Notes: generated by a model not told the origin, from the letters alone. A stretch of 64,000 nt of DNA from Patescibacteria group bacterium (GCA_013387215.1 WARW01000003.1:10227-74226), one strand, 5' to 3'. Positions 7,808 to 18,400 are shown, counted from the stretch's first letter. Translations and numbers: made by a program.

Positions 7808-8484
7808 ATATACTATATATAGAAGACGATAAACAATTAGCCAAAACTATCCAACAAAAACTGATTTCTCATTACAATGTTGATATCTCTCCAACTGGTA
7901 AAAAAGGCATCATTTTAGCCGAGAATAAAGAATATGATCTTTTTATAATTGACTACTATCTGCCAGATCAAAACGGAATTCAAGTTTGTAAAAAAATTAG
8001 AGAGGTTGATACCAAAACACCAATTTTGGTTTTTACTACTAACGATACTAAAAAAGATGTGGTTGAAGCGCTTGATGCAGGAGCTGATGATTATTTGACA
8101 AAACCATTTTCTTATCAAGAGTTAGAAGCCAGAATCAGAGCACTTGTAAGAAGAAACAGTCGTAAGCAGCCAACCAAGCAGATAAATGTTGGCAAATTGA
8201 CTATTAAATTGGATGATCAATATATTGTTTTAAACAAACAATATATTAAATTGCCGAGGCAAGAATATATGCTTTTAAAATATTTGACCACAAATAAAGG
8301 AAAATTGGTTTCACGAGAGGAACTCTATGAACATGTATGGGGTAGAGATGATTACTATAATTCAAACACAATAGACGTCCACATAAGGCGTTTGAGAAAA
8401 AGATTAAAAGAACTTGTTGGAGAAAACTGCATTAAGTCGGTTTATGGAAGTGGATATAAAATATATAATTTTCAAGAAGAATAA
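7804..8484 (+). CDS. Response regulator, OmpR/PhoB family
   Basis: Receiver domain with D residues and LTKPF, plus a C-terminal winged-helix Trans_reg_C (LPRQEYMLLKYL...IDVHIRRLRKRL). Confidence 0.85.
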   Translation: MNILYIEDDKQLAKTIQQKLISHYNVDISPTGKKGIILAENKEYDLFIIDYYLPDQNGIQVCKKIREVDTKTPILVFTTNDTKKDVVEALDAGADDYLTKPFSYQELEARIRALVRRNSRKQPTKQINVGKLTIKLDDQYIVLNKQYIKLPRQEYMLLKYLTTNKGKLVSREELYEHVWGRDDYYNSNTIDVHIRRLRKRLKELVGENCIKSVYGSGYKIYNFQEE

Positions 8485-8614
8485 GTGGTTAAAAAAAATA
8501 TACTGACTTGAATTATGAACAAGTATCTTTTATGTTATTTTATACATGTTATGATGATATAATTGTTTATTCCAATACAAATAATATTTAATGTTTCTTT
8601 AAAAGAACAAAATA

Positions 8615-9262
8615 ATGAACGAAAAAATCAAAAAACAACTCACGGCATTTTTTAACAAATATAAACTTATAAAGTATAAAAAGGGTCAAATTCTTTTTAA
8701 ACCAGGTGAGAGAATTAATGGTATTTTATTTGATAAAAGTGGTTACGTAAGAGTCTACACTATCTCAAAAGAAGGAAAGGAAATTACACTACCAATGTTA
8801 AAACCTTTATTTTTCTGTTCTTTAGTCGATGCTTTATTGGGCAAAGAAAACAAATATTACATTGAAGCTATTAGCCCAGTGGAATTATGGCTGGCTCCAG
8901 AAAACGAATTTATGGATTTTATCAAACAAGATCCAGATCTTTACGATAAAATGACCAAATCTATGTTGAATGATTTTATGGATTTAACTAATAATGTTCA
9001 ACAGCTTATTTTTGGGGATGCATACACAAAGATTGCCAGTTTAATATATTCGATGTCAGAAAAATTTGGAGAAATGAAAGGCAAAGAAACCGTCATCGGA
9101 TTTAATACTCCCCACAGAATGTTGGCTAGCATGACTGGGTTAACCAGAGAAACAGTGACTCTACAAATCTTAAAATTACAAAAGGAAGGCTTTTTGTATA
9201 ATAAAGGCCGAAGAATTGTAATTAAAGATATGGAAAAACTCAAAGAAATTGCTCAGGTCTAA
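8615..9262 (+). CDS. Crp/Fnr-family transcriptional regulator
   Basis: cNMP-binding-like N-terminal domain and a C-terminal HTH (SMTGLTRETVTLQILKLQKEGFL). Confidence 0.75.
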   Translation: MNEKIKKQLTAFFNKYKLIKYKKGQILFKPGERINGILFDKSGYVRVYTISKEGKEITLPMLKPLFFCSLVDALLGKENKYYIEAISPVELWLAPENEFMDFIKQDPDLYDKMTKSMLNDFMDLTNNVQQLIFGDAYTKIASLIYSMSEKFGEMKGKETVIGFNTPHRMLASMTGLTRETVTLQILKLQKEGFLYNKGRRIVIKDMEKLKEIAQV

Positions 9263-9265
9263 TTT

Positions 9266-9700
9266 TTGGTCTATAATTTGTTTATGACTAGTTCAAGTAG
9301 GATTTACAGATCTAAAAATGAGTACATAATTGCCGGTGTTTGCGGAGGTTTGGCGGAACATTTTAATATTGATCCAACCATAGTTAGGATAATTTTTATC
9401 CTCTTAACTTTAGGTGGCGGGAGCGGAATATTAATATATATAATTCTGTGGTTGGTTTTACCTATGGAAGGAAAAAATGAGCCGGATGATTTGAAAGATA
9501 GAGTTAAAGAAATTTCAGAAGAGTTTAAGAATAATTATTCAAATAGAGAAAAGAGAGGTAACTTTTTGGGAATTATAATATTGTTGATTGGCGTAGTTGC
9601 TTTGTTGGACCAGATTCAACCAGCAATAATCAGATGGGATATTTTTTGGCCAGCCGTTTTGATTATGACAGGGTTGTTTTTGATATTTAGAAAAAGATAA
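9266..9700 (+). CDS. PspC-domain membrane protein
   Basis: YRSKNEYIIAGVCGGLAEHFNIDPTIVRIIF PspC signature followed by TM segments. Confidence 0.7.
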   Translation: MVYNLFMTSSSRIYRSKNEYIIAGVCGGLAEHFNIDPTIVRIIFILLTLGGGSGILIYIILWLVLPMEGKNEPDDLKDRVKEISEEFKNNYSNREKRGNFLGIIILLIGVVALLDQIQPAIIRWDIFWPAVLIMTGLFLIFRKR

Positions 9701-9892
9701 TAGCTAAAAGCAAGAGGTTTCTTCGTTGGTTTTTAAACACGGCTTGCTTGGTTCACATTTGTTATTTTTCCGAGATTAAAGGGATTATTTCCTTTTACTT
9801 CTTTCTTACATAATTCTAATTTGCTACTTAATTCTTATCAGTAACATTGGAAGTAGTTTTTGGTGGAGTTTAATTGTTTTTTGTTTTCTGAA

Positions 9893-10279
9893 ATGATTAA
9901 AAGGATCCTAATAATAATTTCAATAATTGTACTTTATCTAATTCCTAAAAACATTAAATATGATAAAAAAACAAACCCTTCATTGGTAAATAATTCGCAA
10001 GTGATTGTTAGCCAAACCCCCTTAATAAGCAGCAGAGGTATCAAAATAAAAAATATAAATGCCCCTGAGATAATTGGTGTTAACGGAAAAGAAAATTTCT
10101 ATCCAGACCACAGCCTACCTATTAATATAAACAATATCCTATTGATTGGCTCTGCCATATTTATTAGTTCAGGAATTGGTCTTTTAGAAATAGACAATAT
10201 GGTGGCGAGAGTGAGAAATCTTGTTAATAAAATTAACTTTAACGGCTCTTTAGTTAAATTCATTAATAGAATATTATGA
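9893..10279 (+). CDS. Small membrane-anchored protein, first gene of the glucan-synthase operon
   Basis: N-terminal TM segment. Start moved to the internal Met (MIKRIL). Stop overlaps the next gene's ATG (ATGA overlap). Confidence 0.35.
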   Translation: MIKRILIIISIIVLYLIPKNIKYDKKTNPSLVNNSQVIVSQTPLISSRGIKIKNINAPEIIGVNGKENFYPDHSLPININNILLIGSAIFISSGIGLLEIDNMVARVRNLVNKINFNGSLVKFINRIL

Positions 10280-11463
10280 ACAAAAGAATTTTGGGCTATT
10301 TATTTATAGTATTAGGGATTGCAGTTTTTGGATATGTTTTGTATGTTAATAGCCAATACATTGATTTAACTCGGCCGTTTTCGTCATATACTTTGTTGAT
10401 TTCTTCATGGGAAAAATATAAACAAGAATTTATAAATAAAGACGGCAGAGTAATTGATTATTCCCAAAGCGGAATTACAACATCTGAAGGCCAAAGTTAC
10501 GCCATGCTTAGATCAGTATATATTGATGACAAAGGCGCTTTTGACCAAGTTTGGAATTGGAGCAAAATAAATCTTAAAAGACCAACTGATAATCTTTTTG
10601 GGTGGAAATGGGGTTTAACCAGTGATAATAAATATGGGTTTTTAGAAAATGGAGGAAGTAATTCAGCTGCCGATGCAGATACCGATATCGCTTTGGCACT
10701 AATATTTGCGGGAAAGCGCTGGAAAAATGATGAATATATAAACCAATCAAAAACAATCTTAAAGGATATTTGGGATAAAGAAACTGGAGTGGCTGCTGGA
10801 AAAAGATATCTGATTGCCGGGAACTGGGCAACTGATGGAAATATGCTAATTATTAATCCTTCATATTTTGAGCCATACGCCTGGAGAATTTTTGCCACAG
10901 TCGACAAAGATCATGACTGGAATAGTTTAATCGGCCCGGCTTATGCTTTATTGACAGATTCAGGAAAAAGTAATCTGGATAAAAATTCATCGGTGGGACT
11001 GCCTCCAGATTGGGTAGAAATTGATAAAACAACAGGTGTTTTAAAGGCACCAAGTTTTGCCAATTTAACCACAAATTATAGTTTTGATGCTATGAGAATT
11101 CCCTGGAAAATTGGATTGGATTATCAATGGAACAAAAATCAGGAGGCTTACAATTACCTGGCTCAATCATTTAAAAAAATATCGGAAATATATGCGACTG
11201 ATGGTAAGCTGCCAACATCACTGTCTCACGATGGACAAATAGTTCAAGATCAAGAAAATCCAACCATGTACGCAACTGCAATTGGTTATTTTATGTTGGC
11301 TGACCCCATAGCAGCAAAAAAAATATATCAAGAGAAAATCCTCAACTTATATTCCAACGACCAAAACATGTTCAACAGCAATCTTCCCTACTATGAACAA
11401 AACTGGTTATGGTTTGGTTCGGCAATTTACAACCACGAAATAAATAGTTTAAGCAATCAATGA
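10276..11463 (+). CDS. bcsZ: Glycoside hydrolase family 8 endoglucanase (BcsZ-like), membrane-anchored
   Basis: SEGQSYAML and AADADTDIALALIFAGKRW match the GH8 signature A-[ST]-D-[AG]-D-x2-[IM]-A-x-[SA]-[LIVM]...W. N-terminal signal anchor. Confidence 0.7.
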   Translation: MNKRILGYLFIVLGIAVFGYVLYVNSQYIDLTRPFSSYTLLISSWEKYKQEFINKDGRVIDYSQSGITTSEGQSYAMLRSVYIDDKGAFDQVWNWSKINLKRPTDNLFGWKWGLTSDNKYGFLENGGSNSAADADTDIALALIFAGKRWKNDEYINQSKTILKDIWDKETGVAAGKRYLIAGNWATDGNMLIINPSYFEPYAWRIFATVDKDHDWNSLIGPAYALLTDSGKSNLDKNSSVGLPPDWVEIDKTTGVLKAPSFANLTTNYSFDAMRIPWKIGLDYQWNKNQEAYNYLAQSFKKISEIYATDGKLPTSLSHDGQIVQDQENPTMYATAIGYFMLADPIAAKKIYQEKILNLYSNDQNMFNSNLPYYEQNWLWFGSAIYNHEINSLSNQ

Positions 11464-13010
11464 AATTTAATATAAACAAAGGCCTCCTAGAAAGAGGAAA
11501 AATTGATAAGTCGTTAATAGGGCTTAATTTGGCCATGACTGCTTTTTATTTTTCTTGGTGGCTGACACCGTCGCATATAGATAATAAGTTTTTATATTTT
11601 CTATTGTTTATAGGGGAAATTTATCATATTTTTATGGCCTTAACTTTTTGGCACACAATTGCTCCGGGGCAATTAAAAATTAAAAAAGTGAATAGATCTA
11701 AAAAATTCTTGCCTACAGTAGACATATTTATAACAGTAGCAGGAGAACCAGTAGAAATAGTAAAACAGACAATAAACAAAGTTTTGAACATGAACTATCC
11801 AAAATCTTTTATATATATATTGAATGATAGTTTAGTGGCTAAAAAAGAAAATTGGAGAGAGTATGAATATTTAGCTGAAGAAATGGGGGTTTTTTGCATA
11901 ACCAGAACCGTGTCTGGAGGTGCAAAAGCCGGCAATATTAATCATGCCTTAAAAATAACCACAGGCAAATTAATTGCCATCTTTGATGCCGATATGCAAC
12001 CAAGACCGAATTTTTTATCCAGATTAATACCCTATTTTAGAAACAAAAAGGTTGGTTTTGTGCAAACTCCTCAATATTATAAAAACTGGCAAAATAATTT
12101 GGTTAGCAGCGGCGCATGGGCCCAACAAGAGTTTTTTTTCGGCCCAATAATGAAAGGGAAAGAAAAAAGTAATTCGGCTTTTATTTGCGGAACAAATTTT
12201 TTGATAAGACGAACTGCTTTATTGGAAGCTGGCGGAATGCAGGAGAATAATATTGCAGAGGATTTTTTAACATCACTGTTTGTTCATAATAATGGCTGGC
12301 TGTCTTATTATGTAAACGAAGTGTTGAGTGAGGGTCTGGCTCCAGAAGATATGTTGTCATACTTTAAACAACAACTAAGATGGGCCAGAGGGTCATTGGA
12401 AATCGTATTTACTAGAAATAATCCTCTTTTCAAAAAAAGATTGAGTTGGCACCAAAGGATTGAATATTTATCATCATCTTTGTATTACTTTAATGGAATT
12501 ATAGTTCTAATCGATATTGTAATGCCATTGTTGTTTTTATTTTTTGGAATACGACCAGTAGCAGCTAGCTCCACCTCGTTTGCACTTTTCTTTGTACCTT
12601 TTATATTTTTAAATTTATATTCACTAAGAATGGCTTCTGCCGACAGAATATCCTTTCAAGCATTATCATTCACTCAGTCGTCTTGGACACTCCAAATTTT
12701 GGCTCTAAAATCAATTCTTTTAAAACAAAAAATGAAGTTTGAAGTTACTTCAAAAAGGGCTCTGACTGGAAACTACATAAACTTAGCTTATCCTCATATT
12801 ACTTATATTGTTTTAGCATTTATGGGATCGATCACAGCTGTGCTTAGAGAAGGAATTAACCCATCAGTAATAACAAACATTGCCTGGGTATTAGTAAATA
12901 CAATATTATTTATTCCATTTATTATGGCAGCTTATAAGGCTGAAGGTGTTCCACGACCCAAACTGGAAATCGATCTGGCAACTGAAAATGAAAGAAAACA
13001 TGTCAAATAA
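11460..13010 (+). CDS. GT2 processive beta-glycosyltransferase, cellulose-synthase (BcsA)-like
   Basis: Motifs FDADMQP (DxD), QTPQYY and QQLRWARG (QxxRW) with flanking TM helices. ATGA overlap with the GH8 gene. Confidence 0.75.
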   Translation: MKFNINKGLLERGKIDKSLIGLNLAMTAFYFSWWLTPSHIDNKFLYFLLFIGEIYHIFMALTFWHTIAPGQLKIKKVNRSKKFLPTVDIFITVAGEPVEIVKQTINKVLNMNYPKSFIYILNDSLVAKKENWREYEYLAEEMGVFCITRTVSGGAKAGNINHALKITTGKLIAIFDADMQPRPNFLSRLIPYFRNKKVGFVQTPQYYKNWQNNLVSSGAWAQQEFFFGPIMKGKEKSNSAFICGTNFLIRRTALLEAGGMQENNIAEDFLTSLFVHNNGWLSYYVNEVLSEGLAPEDMLSYFKQQLRWARGSLEIVFTRNNPLFKKRLSWHQRIEYLSSSLYYFNGIIVLIDIVMPLLFLFFGIRPVAASSTSFALFFVPFIFLNLYSLRMASADRISFQALSFTQSSWTLQILALKSILLKQKMKFEVTSKRALTGNYINLAYPHITYIVLAFMGSITAVLREGINPSVITNIAWVLVNTILFIPFIMAAYKAEGVPRPKLEIDLATENERKHVK

Positions 13011-14448
13011 ATTACTAGTGCTGATAGTTCTGGTGACATCCCTAATCAGCATTTATTTTCTTTTTACACAATCGATTCGTTTAGATGAGGCTCAATCGAT
13101 ATGGATGTTTACTAAATCGATTCCCGGGATGCTCAAACTTACTTCTCAAGATGTAAATTTACCGCTTTACGGAATAATTATGCATTTCTGGCTGCAGATA
13201 TTAGGAATAAATATTGTTAGAGCCAGATTATTATCTTTGATATTCTTTTTAATAACATTACCAGTTCTGTACCAACTAATAAAAGAATCGAGCGATAGTG
13301 ATCATGCAATTTTAACAGTAGCATTTTTTGCTTTTTCTCCTTTTATTTTGTGGTACACCAGTGAAGCCCGAACTTATACGTTGTTTATATTAATTGCTTG
13401 TTTACAACAATTATATTTTTTACGATTAATCAGAAGTGGTGGAAATAACGGAAAATTTGGTTATTTTATTGGTACTGCACTTGGATTTTATACACATTAT
13501 TTTTTTATTTTCCTTTTAATTGCCCAAATAGTTTTTGTACTGAGTTTAAGAATAGTTAAAGGTAAAAATAAAAATAGGTTAATTAAACGTCACCTAATTT
13601 TAGATTTTGGAGGTTTATTGGTTTTTATTCCTTGGATTTATTATATTTTTAGGACCGGAGGAGCGGTTAACACACAGCCATTAATTCCTATTCCAAACAG
13701 CTATAGCGTGGTGCAGACTTTTGTTAATTTTGTGGTGGGATTTCAATCTCAATCAATTCAAGCAGTCTTAATTTCTCTTTGGCCACTTTCGACTGTAATT
13801 TTATTTTTAATGTTTACACATAGGAAACAAAAATTGGTTAAAAATGTCGAATACTTTTTTTTAGTCACTTTTTTACCGATTATTTTAGTGTTTTTAATAT
13901 CTTTTATAAAACCCATTTTTTTATCTAGATATTTAATTTTAGTGACACCAACATTATTTTTTATAATTGCATGGATAATTTTGAGTAATTCTAAAAAAAT
14001 ATCTTTTTATTTATCGGTATTAATTTTGCTTTTGATGTTTAGTTTTTTAATGTTTCAGAACATTTCGGCAGCAACTCCAAGTAAAGAAAACTATAGTGAA
14101 GTTAGCCAATATTTGAACCAATATACAACACCAGAAGATATTGTGGCAATTACTGCTCCATTTACTATTTATCCAATTGAATACCAATACCAAGGTGAAG
14201 CTAAATTAGTAACAATTCCTAATTGGGATAAATATGTTGAAGGACCAATCCCCCAATATAATTCTGATAATCTAGTTAAACAAATTAATGACTATAAAAC
14301 TCAATATAATCGTTTGTTTGTGGTTTTTTCGTATGATCAGGGATATGAAAATGATATAAAAAATTATCTGGACACACATTATGCCATCATGGGAATGGGA
14401 AAGTTTTCGGACAGTATTGAAATGAGAATCTACAAATTGAGATACTAG
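13000..14448 (+). CDS. GT-C (PMT_2 / ArnT-like) membrane glycosyltransferase-like protein
   Basis: Roughly 11 TM helices and a first periplasmic loop RLDEAQSIW..., typical of family 39/83 GT-C enzymes. Start chosen at the Met (MSNKLL) just inside the upstream stop. Confidence 0.5.
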   Translation: MSNKLLVLIVLVTSLISIYFLFTQSIRLDEAQSIWMFTKSIPGMLKLTSQDVNLPLYGIIMHFWLQILGINIVRARLLSLIFFLITLPVLYQLIKESSDSDHAILTVAFFAFSPFILWYTSEARTYTLFILIACLQQLYFLRLIRSGGNNGKFGYFIGTALGFYTHYFFIFLLIAQIVFVLSLRIVKGKNKNRLIKRHLILDFGGLLVFIPWIYYIFRTGGAVNTQPLIPIPNSYSVVQTFVNFVVGFQSQSIQAVLISLWPLSTVILFLMFTHRKQKLVKNVEYFFLVTFLPIILVFLISFIKPIFLSRYLILVTPTLFFIIAWIILSNSKKISFYLSVLILLLMFSFLMFQNISAATPSKENYSEVSQYLNQYTTPEDIVAITAPFTIYPIEYQYQGEAKLVTIPNWDKYVEGPIPQYNSDNLVKQINDYKTQYNRLFVVFSYDQGYENDIKNYLDTHYAIMGMGKFSDSIEMRIYKLRY

Positions 14449-14997
14449 CTATTCCCGACAACAATCAAGAATCTTACCAATAACACCACTAACCTTACCC
14501 ATAAAATCTGTTTTATCGGCTTTTAAAGGTTTGTCTGATTTTGATAAAACTGGAGTATCGTTTTTGGTTTCTGATTTAAAGTCGTCAGATTTAAGCATGC
14601 CAAGATTTAGGCCCCAAAAAAGATTGTAGAGGTTATATGATTTTTTGAAAAATTCTTCCGAAGCTTTAATATCGCCCTTGGTTTGAGCTTTGGTACCAAC
14701 CTCCATAAGTCTCATGGAAGCAGCTAAAAGATGTTTACTAATACACCAGACTTCACCCTCATAATCTTTAATAATCATTTTCAAAAGCCCTTTGCGCATA
14801 TCGCGAACTTCATTAAGAAGATCATAATATTTTGTTTTGCCTGTTTTTCCGCCAGAGAAGAAAAGATGTTCTTCAATGGAAATAAGGTTCATGATGGCAA
14901 TAGATAGGTCTTCATCGGAAGACAAATCCAAAGTTTCACCTTTTTCCATTTTTTTAACTTTGTTTAAAAATTGATTAATATCTTCATTATTGGTCAT
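14449..14997 (-). CDS. Hypothetical cytoplasmic protein
   Basis: 182-aa ORF with coding-like composition and no recognisable motif. Confidence 0.45.
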   Translation of the reverse strand: MTNNEDINQFLNKVKKMEKGETLDLSSDEDLSIAIMNLISIEEHLFFSGGKTGKTKYYDLLNEVRDMRKGLLKMIIKDYEGEVWCISKHLLAASMRLMEVGTKAQTKGDIKASEEFFKKSYNLYNLFWGLNLGMLKSDDFKSETKNDTPVLSKSDKPLKADKTDFMGKVSGVIGKILDCCRE

Positions 14998-15014
14998 AGT
15001 TGATTGTACCCTAT

Positions 15015-15470
15015 TTAAAGGTTAAAAATAAGTTTAAAAGCAAGAGTGCTTAGGATTAATAAACTTAGCGGAAAAACAACCCGCTGATAATAAAAAAGAA
15101 CCTTACCGTGGTTGCGTTTTTTGGTGTAAAGATTAATAAAGTTTCCTAAGATTACTGCCACAAGACCTAGAGTTTCACCAAGAACAATTTTATCGATTCC
15201 CAAAATCGAATCCTTTCCACTGATTTGATTAGTAAAACTAAAATAGAACAATGTTAGTCCATATAATATTAAAGATAAAATTATGGGATTTCTTAAAATT
15301 CTATTTTTAAATTTAGAGGCCAAATAGAAAGCGATAACAGTATTAAGACCGCCGATCCAGATATTAATTAAAAGCGAATCAATGCCTAATTTTTCAGCTA
15401 AAATCATACCACCACCAACTGTAACTATACAAACTGGACATTGAGCATAAACTTCTTTGACTAAGAACAT
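15015..15470 (-). CDS. Small membrane protein with a CPVC motif
   Basis: About 4 TM helices. Start trimmed to MFLVKEV so it does not overlap the copA C-terminus. Confidence 0.4.
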   Translation of the reverse strand: MFLVKEVYAQCPVCIVTVGGGMILAEKLGIDSLLINIWIGGLNTVIAFYLASKFKNRILRNPIILSLILYGLTLFYFSFTNQISGKDSILGIDKIVLGETLGLVAVILGNFINLYTKKRNHGKVLFYYQRVVFPLSLLILSTLAFKLIFNL

Positions 15471-15489
15471 AATAGTATATTTTAACTTA

Positions 15490-18400
15490 TTATTTTTGAT
15501 TGAACTTGTAATAATTGTCAGCAAACTGACGAGGCACAAAATGCATCATATCGAGGCTGGTTAAGTTCTTTTTGGGAAGTCCGGTAATAATAATATTACT
15601 GCCAAAAAAATTGTTTATAGTGTCAAACTTTTTTTGAAAAAGCTTTTCTTTTATCATCATTCGAGCCTCATCGTAGCCAACATAAGTGGATAAATATTTA
15701 GTGCCAGCTACTTCATAATTTGTTTTAAGCGGATCGATAATTGATAATAATTGCTGCGGAATATTGGTTTGGTCATACAAATATATTAGTTTCAAATCGC
15801 CAAGAGCAGTTTCGGTAACTAATATATCACTTTTAGCGGTTAGATTGGCAAAAGATTTTTGATTAAAGATGTGATATTCATCGATCAAAGTTCCAGTTGG
15901 GGCAAGAATACCAACAATTTTAATTTTTGGCAGTCCAAAAAAGTTGGGTATTTCAGAACCAACACCTTTAATTAGGCCTTCTTCAATCATCATACTGGCC
16001 TCTTTAGATCCTAAAATAACATTATTTTCTCCTGATAAATCAAAGTTGCCTGCAGATAATTTTAAAGAGGATGGCAGATTGTCGACTCCTAAAATTAATT
16101 TAGGATTATTTTTGACAAAACCAATTTTTGAAGGATTATTTTTTAAAAGCTCATTTATTTCGGTTTTTATGGATGGCCGAGATTGGATATAGGCAACTAG
16201 ACCAGAATTGGATTGGGCATCAGCTCCCATTTTTGAAGAAAAGCTGGCAAATTCAATAAAAATAAGTAAAAAGAATGAAATCATCACAAAAGGAGCCAAT
16301 TTTGATATCCAATTAAACTTCCCTGGTTTGAAAAATTTTAAGGTTAAAGAGTTAGCCACCACTGAAACCGAAGATAAAGCCATGGCCAGACCTGCAAGTT
16401 CAGGTTTAAGAATTAAACCAATCCCCATCAAAGCACGAGCAGCGATGGGAATTCCCAGAATATTATAAAAGAGAGCAAAGAACATATTTTGACGAATTTT
16501 ACCTACGGTTTGGCGAGAAAGATCTATGGCTGTCAGAACTCCATTTAAATCATTACTGATAATGACAATACTACCTGATTCCATGGCGATATCAGCACCA
16601 CTACCCATAGCAATACCAAGATCAGATTGAGTTAAAGCAGGGGCATCGTTGATACCATCGCCAACCATAGCCACTTTAAAACCAGAATCTTGAAGTTTTT
16701 TGACTTCCTCCGCTTTGTTTTGAGGTAAAACTTCAGCTAATACATTGGTAATACCAAGCTGTTTGGCAATTGCGTCAGCAGTACGGTGATTATCACCAGT
16801 GATCATATATACAGCAATGCCCATTTTTTTAAGTTTGGAAACAACAGCAACTGAAGTTTCTTTAAGTTGATCGGCTACAGCAATTAATCCTAAAACTTTT
16901 TCTTTATTGGCGATAAGCATGGCAGTTTTACCATCATTCTCAAGCCTCTCCATATCATAAGAAGAAGTTAAGGGAATTTGATTCGCTTCCAATAGTTTAC
17001 GATTACCAACATAATAGGTTTGACCATTGACTACTGCTTTAACACCAGACCCAGGGATGGCCTGAAAATCTTCAATCGCATAGTTGATTGCCCCACAAGA
17101 TTGGCTATAACGAACAATCGATTCAGCCAAAGGATGTTCAGATTTTTGTTCGATTGAGTATAGAATTGAAAGAATTGTCTGATCACCTGGAAGATAGTTA
17201 ATAAAATCAGTTACTTCAGGTTTACCTTTAGTGAGAGTGCCAGTTTTATCAAAGACAATAGCTTCCAAATTTTGGGCCATTTCCAGCGGTTCGCCACCTT
17301 TAATTAAAACTCCATATTCAGCACCTTTACCAGTTCCAACCATAATAGAGGTAGGAGTGGCCAAACCAAGAGCACAAGGACATGCAATAACGATAACTGC
17401 CACAAAAGCTAATAAGGCGAAAGTTAAAGAAGACCCAAGCAAAAAGTACCAAATTACAAAAGTAAGGACGGCGATACTAATTACAGCTGGTACAAAAATT
17501 GAGGAAATCTTATCGGCAAAACCTTGAATTGGAGCTTTTGAACCTTGAGCATCTTCAATTAATTTGACGATTTGAGACAAAGCAGTGTCGGCACCAATTT
17601 TAGTGGTTTTAAACTCAAAAGAACCAGTCTTATTGATTGAAGCGGTATAAACTTTTGATCCAATTTGTTTTTCAACTGGTAATGATTCGCCAGTTAGAAT
17701 AGATTCATCAACAGCCGAGTAACCAGAAACTACTTCCCCATCCACAGGAATTCTTTCGCCAGGGCGAACAACAACAGTGTCGCCTACCATTACCTGTTCA
17801 ACAGGAATATCCACTGGTTGGCCATTTTTTAGAATACGAGCAGTTTTTGGGGCCAACCCCATTAATTTTTCAATAGCCTCAGAGGTCTTTCCTTTAGCTT
17901 TAGCTTCGAGCCATTTACCTAATGATACAAAAGTGATTAAGAAGGCGGCGACCTCAAAATAAAGATTGGGGATTTTGGAACCATTTAAGCCAATAAATGA
18001 ACCAGTTTCACTAAAATAATTAAAAAATTCAAATATGCTGTAAAAATAGGCTGTACTTGTGCCTATAGCAACTAAAGAATCCATGGAAAAAGTACGCATT
18101 TTTAAGGCTGACCAAAACCCAGCAAAAAAATTAGAACCAACGTAAAAAAGAACCGGAGTGGCTAATAATAAAGAGATCAATCCGGCGTATGGCATGACGA
18201 TGCTTTTAAATGGAACAGTATTGGTAAAATCGTAGACCATGAATAGAATCATGGGGATGCTTAGGATTAAACCGGTGAAGAATTTTGAAAACCAATATTT
18301 TATTTCCTGTTTTCTTTTTTCGTGCTGATTTTCTGTTTTTTCGTTAGGAAGCGAGGCTTTATAACCAGCTGCTTCAATGCTTTTAATCAAATCATCGATT

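Noticed and set aside
9701-9860. Possible additional copy of the TCACATGATT core (GGTTCACATTTGTT) downstream of the PspC-domain gene
   Set aside because: Only a 7-nt partial match with no CTCACGCGTT partner and only a weak 7-bp enclosing stem, so it is at chance level in this AT-rich sequence.
10497-11074. Minus-strand ORFs (10497..10907, 10574..10831, 10853..11074) overlapping the GH8 gene
   Set aside because: They are antisense to a gene with a clear family signature and have no motifs, so they are shadow ORFs.
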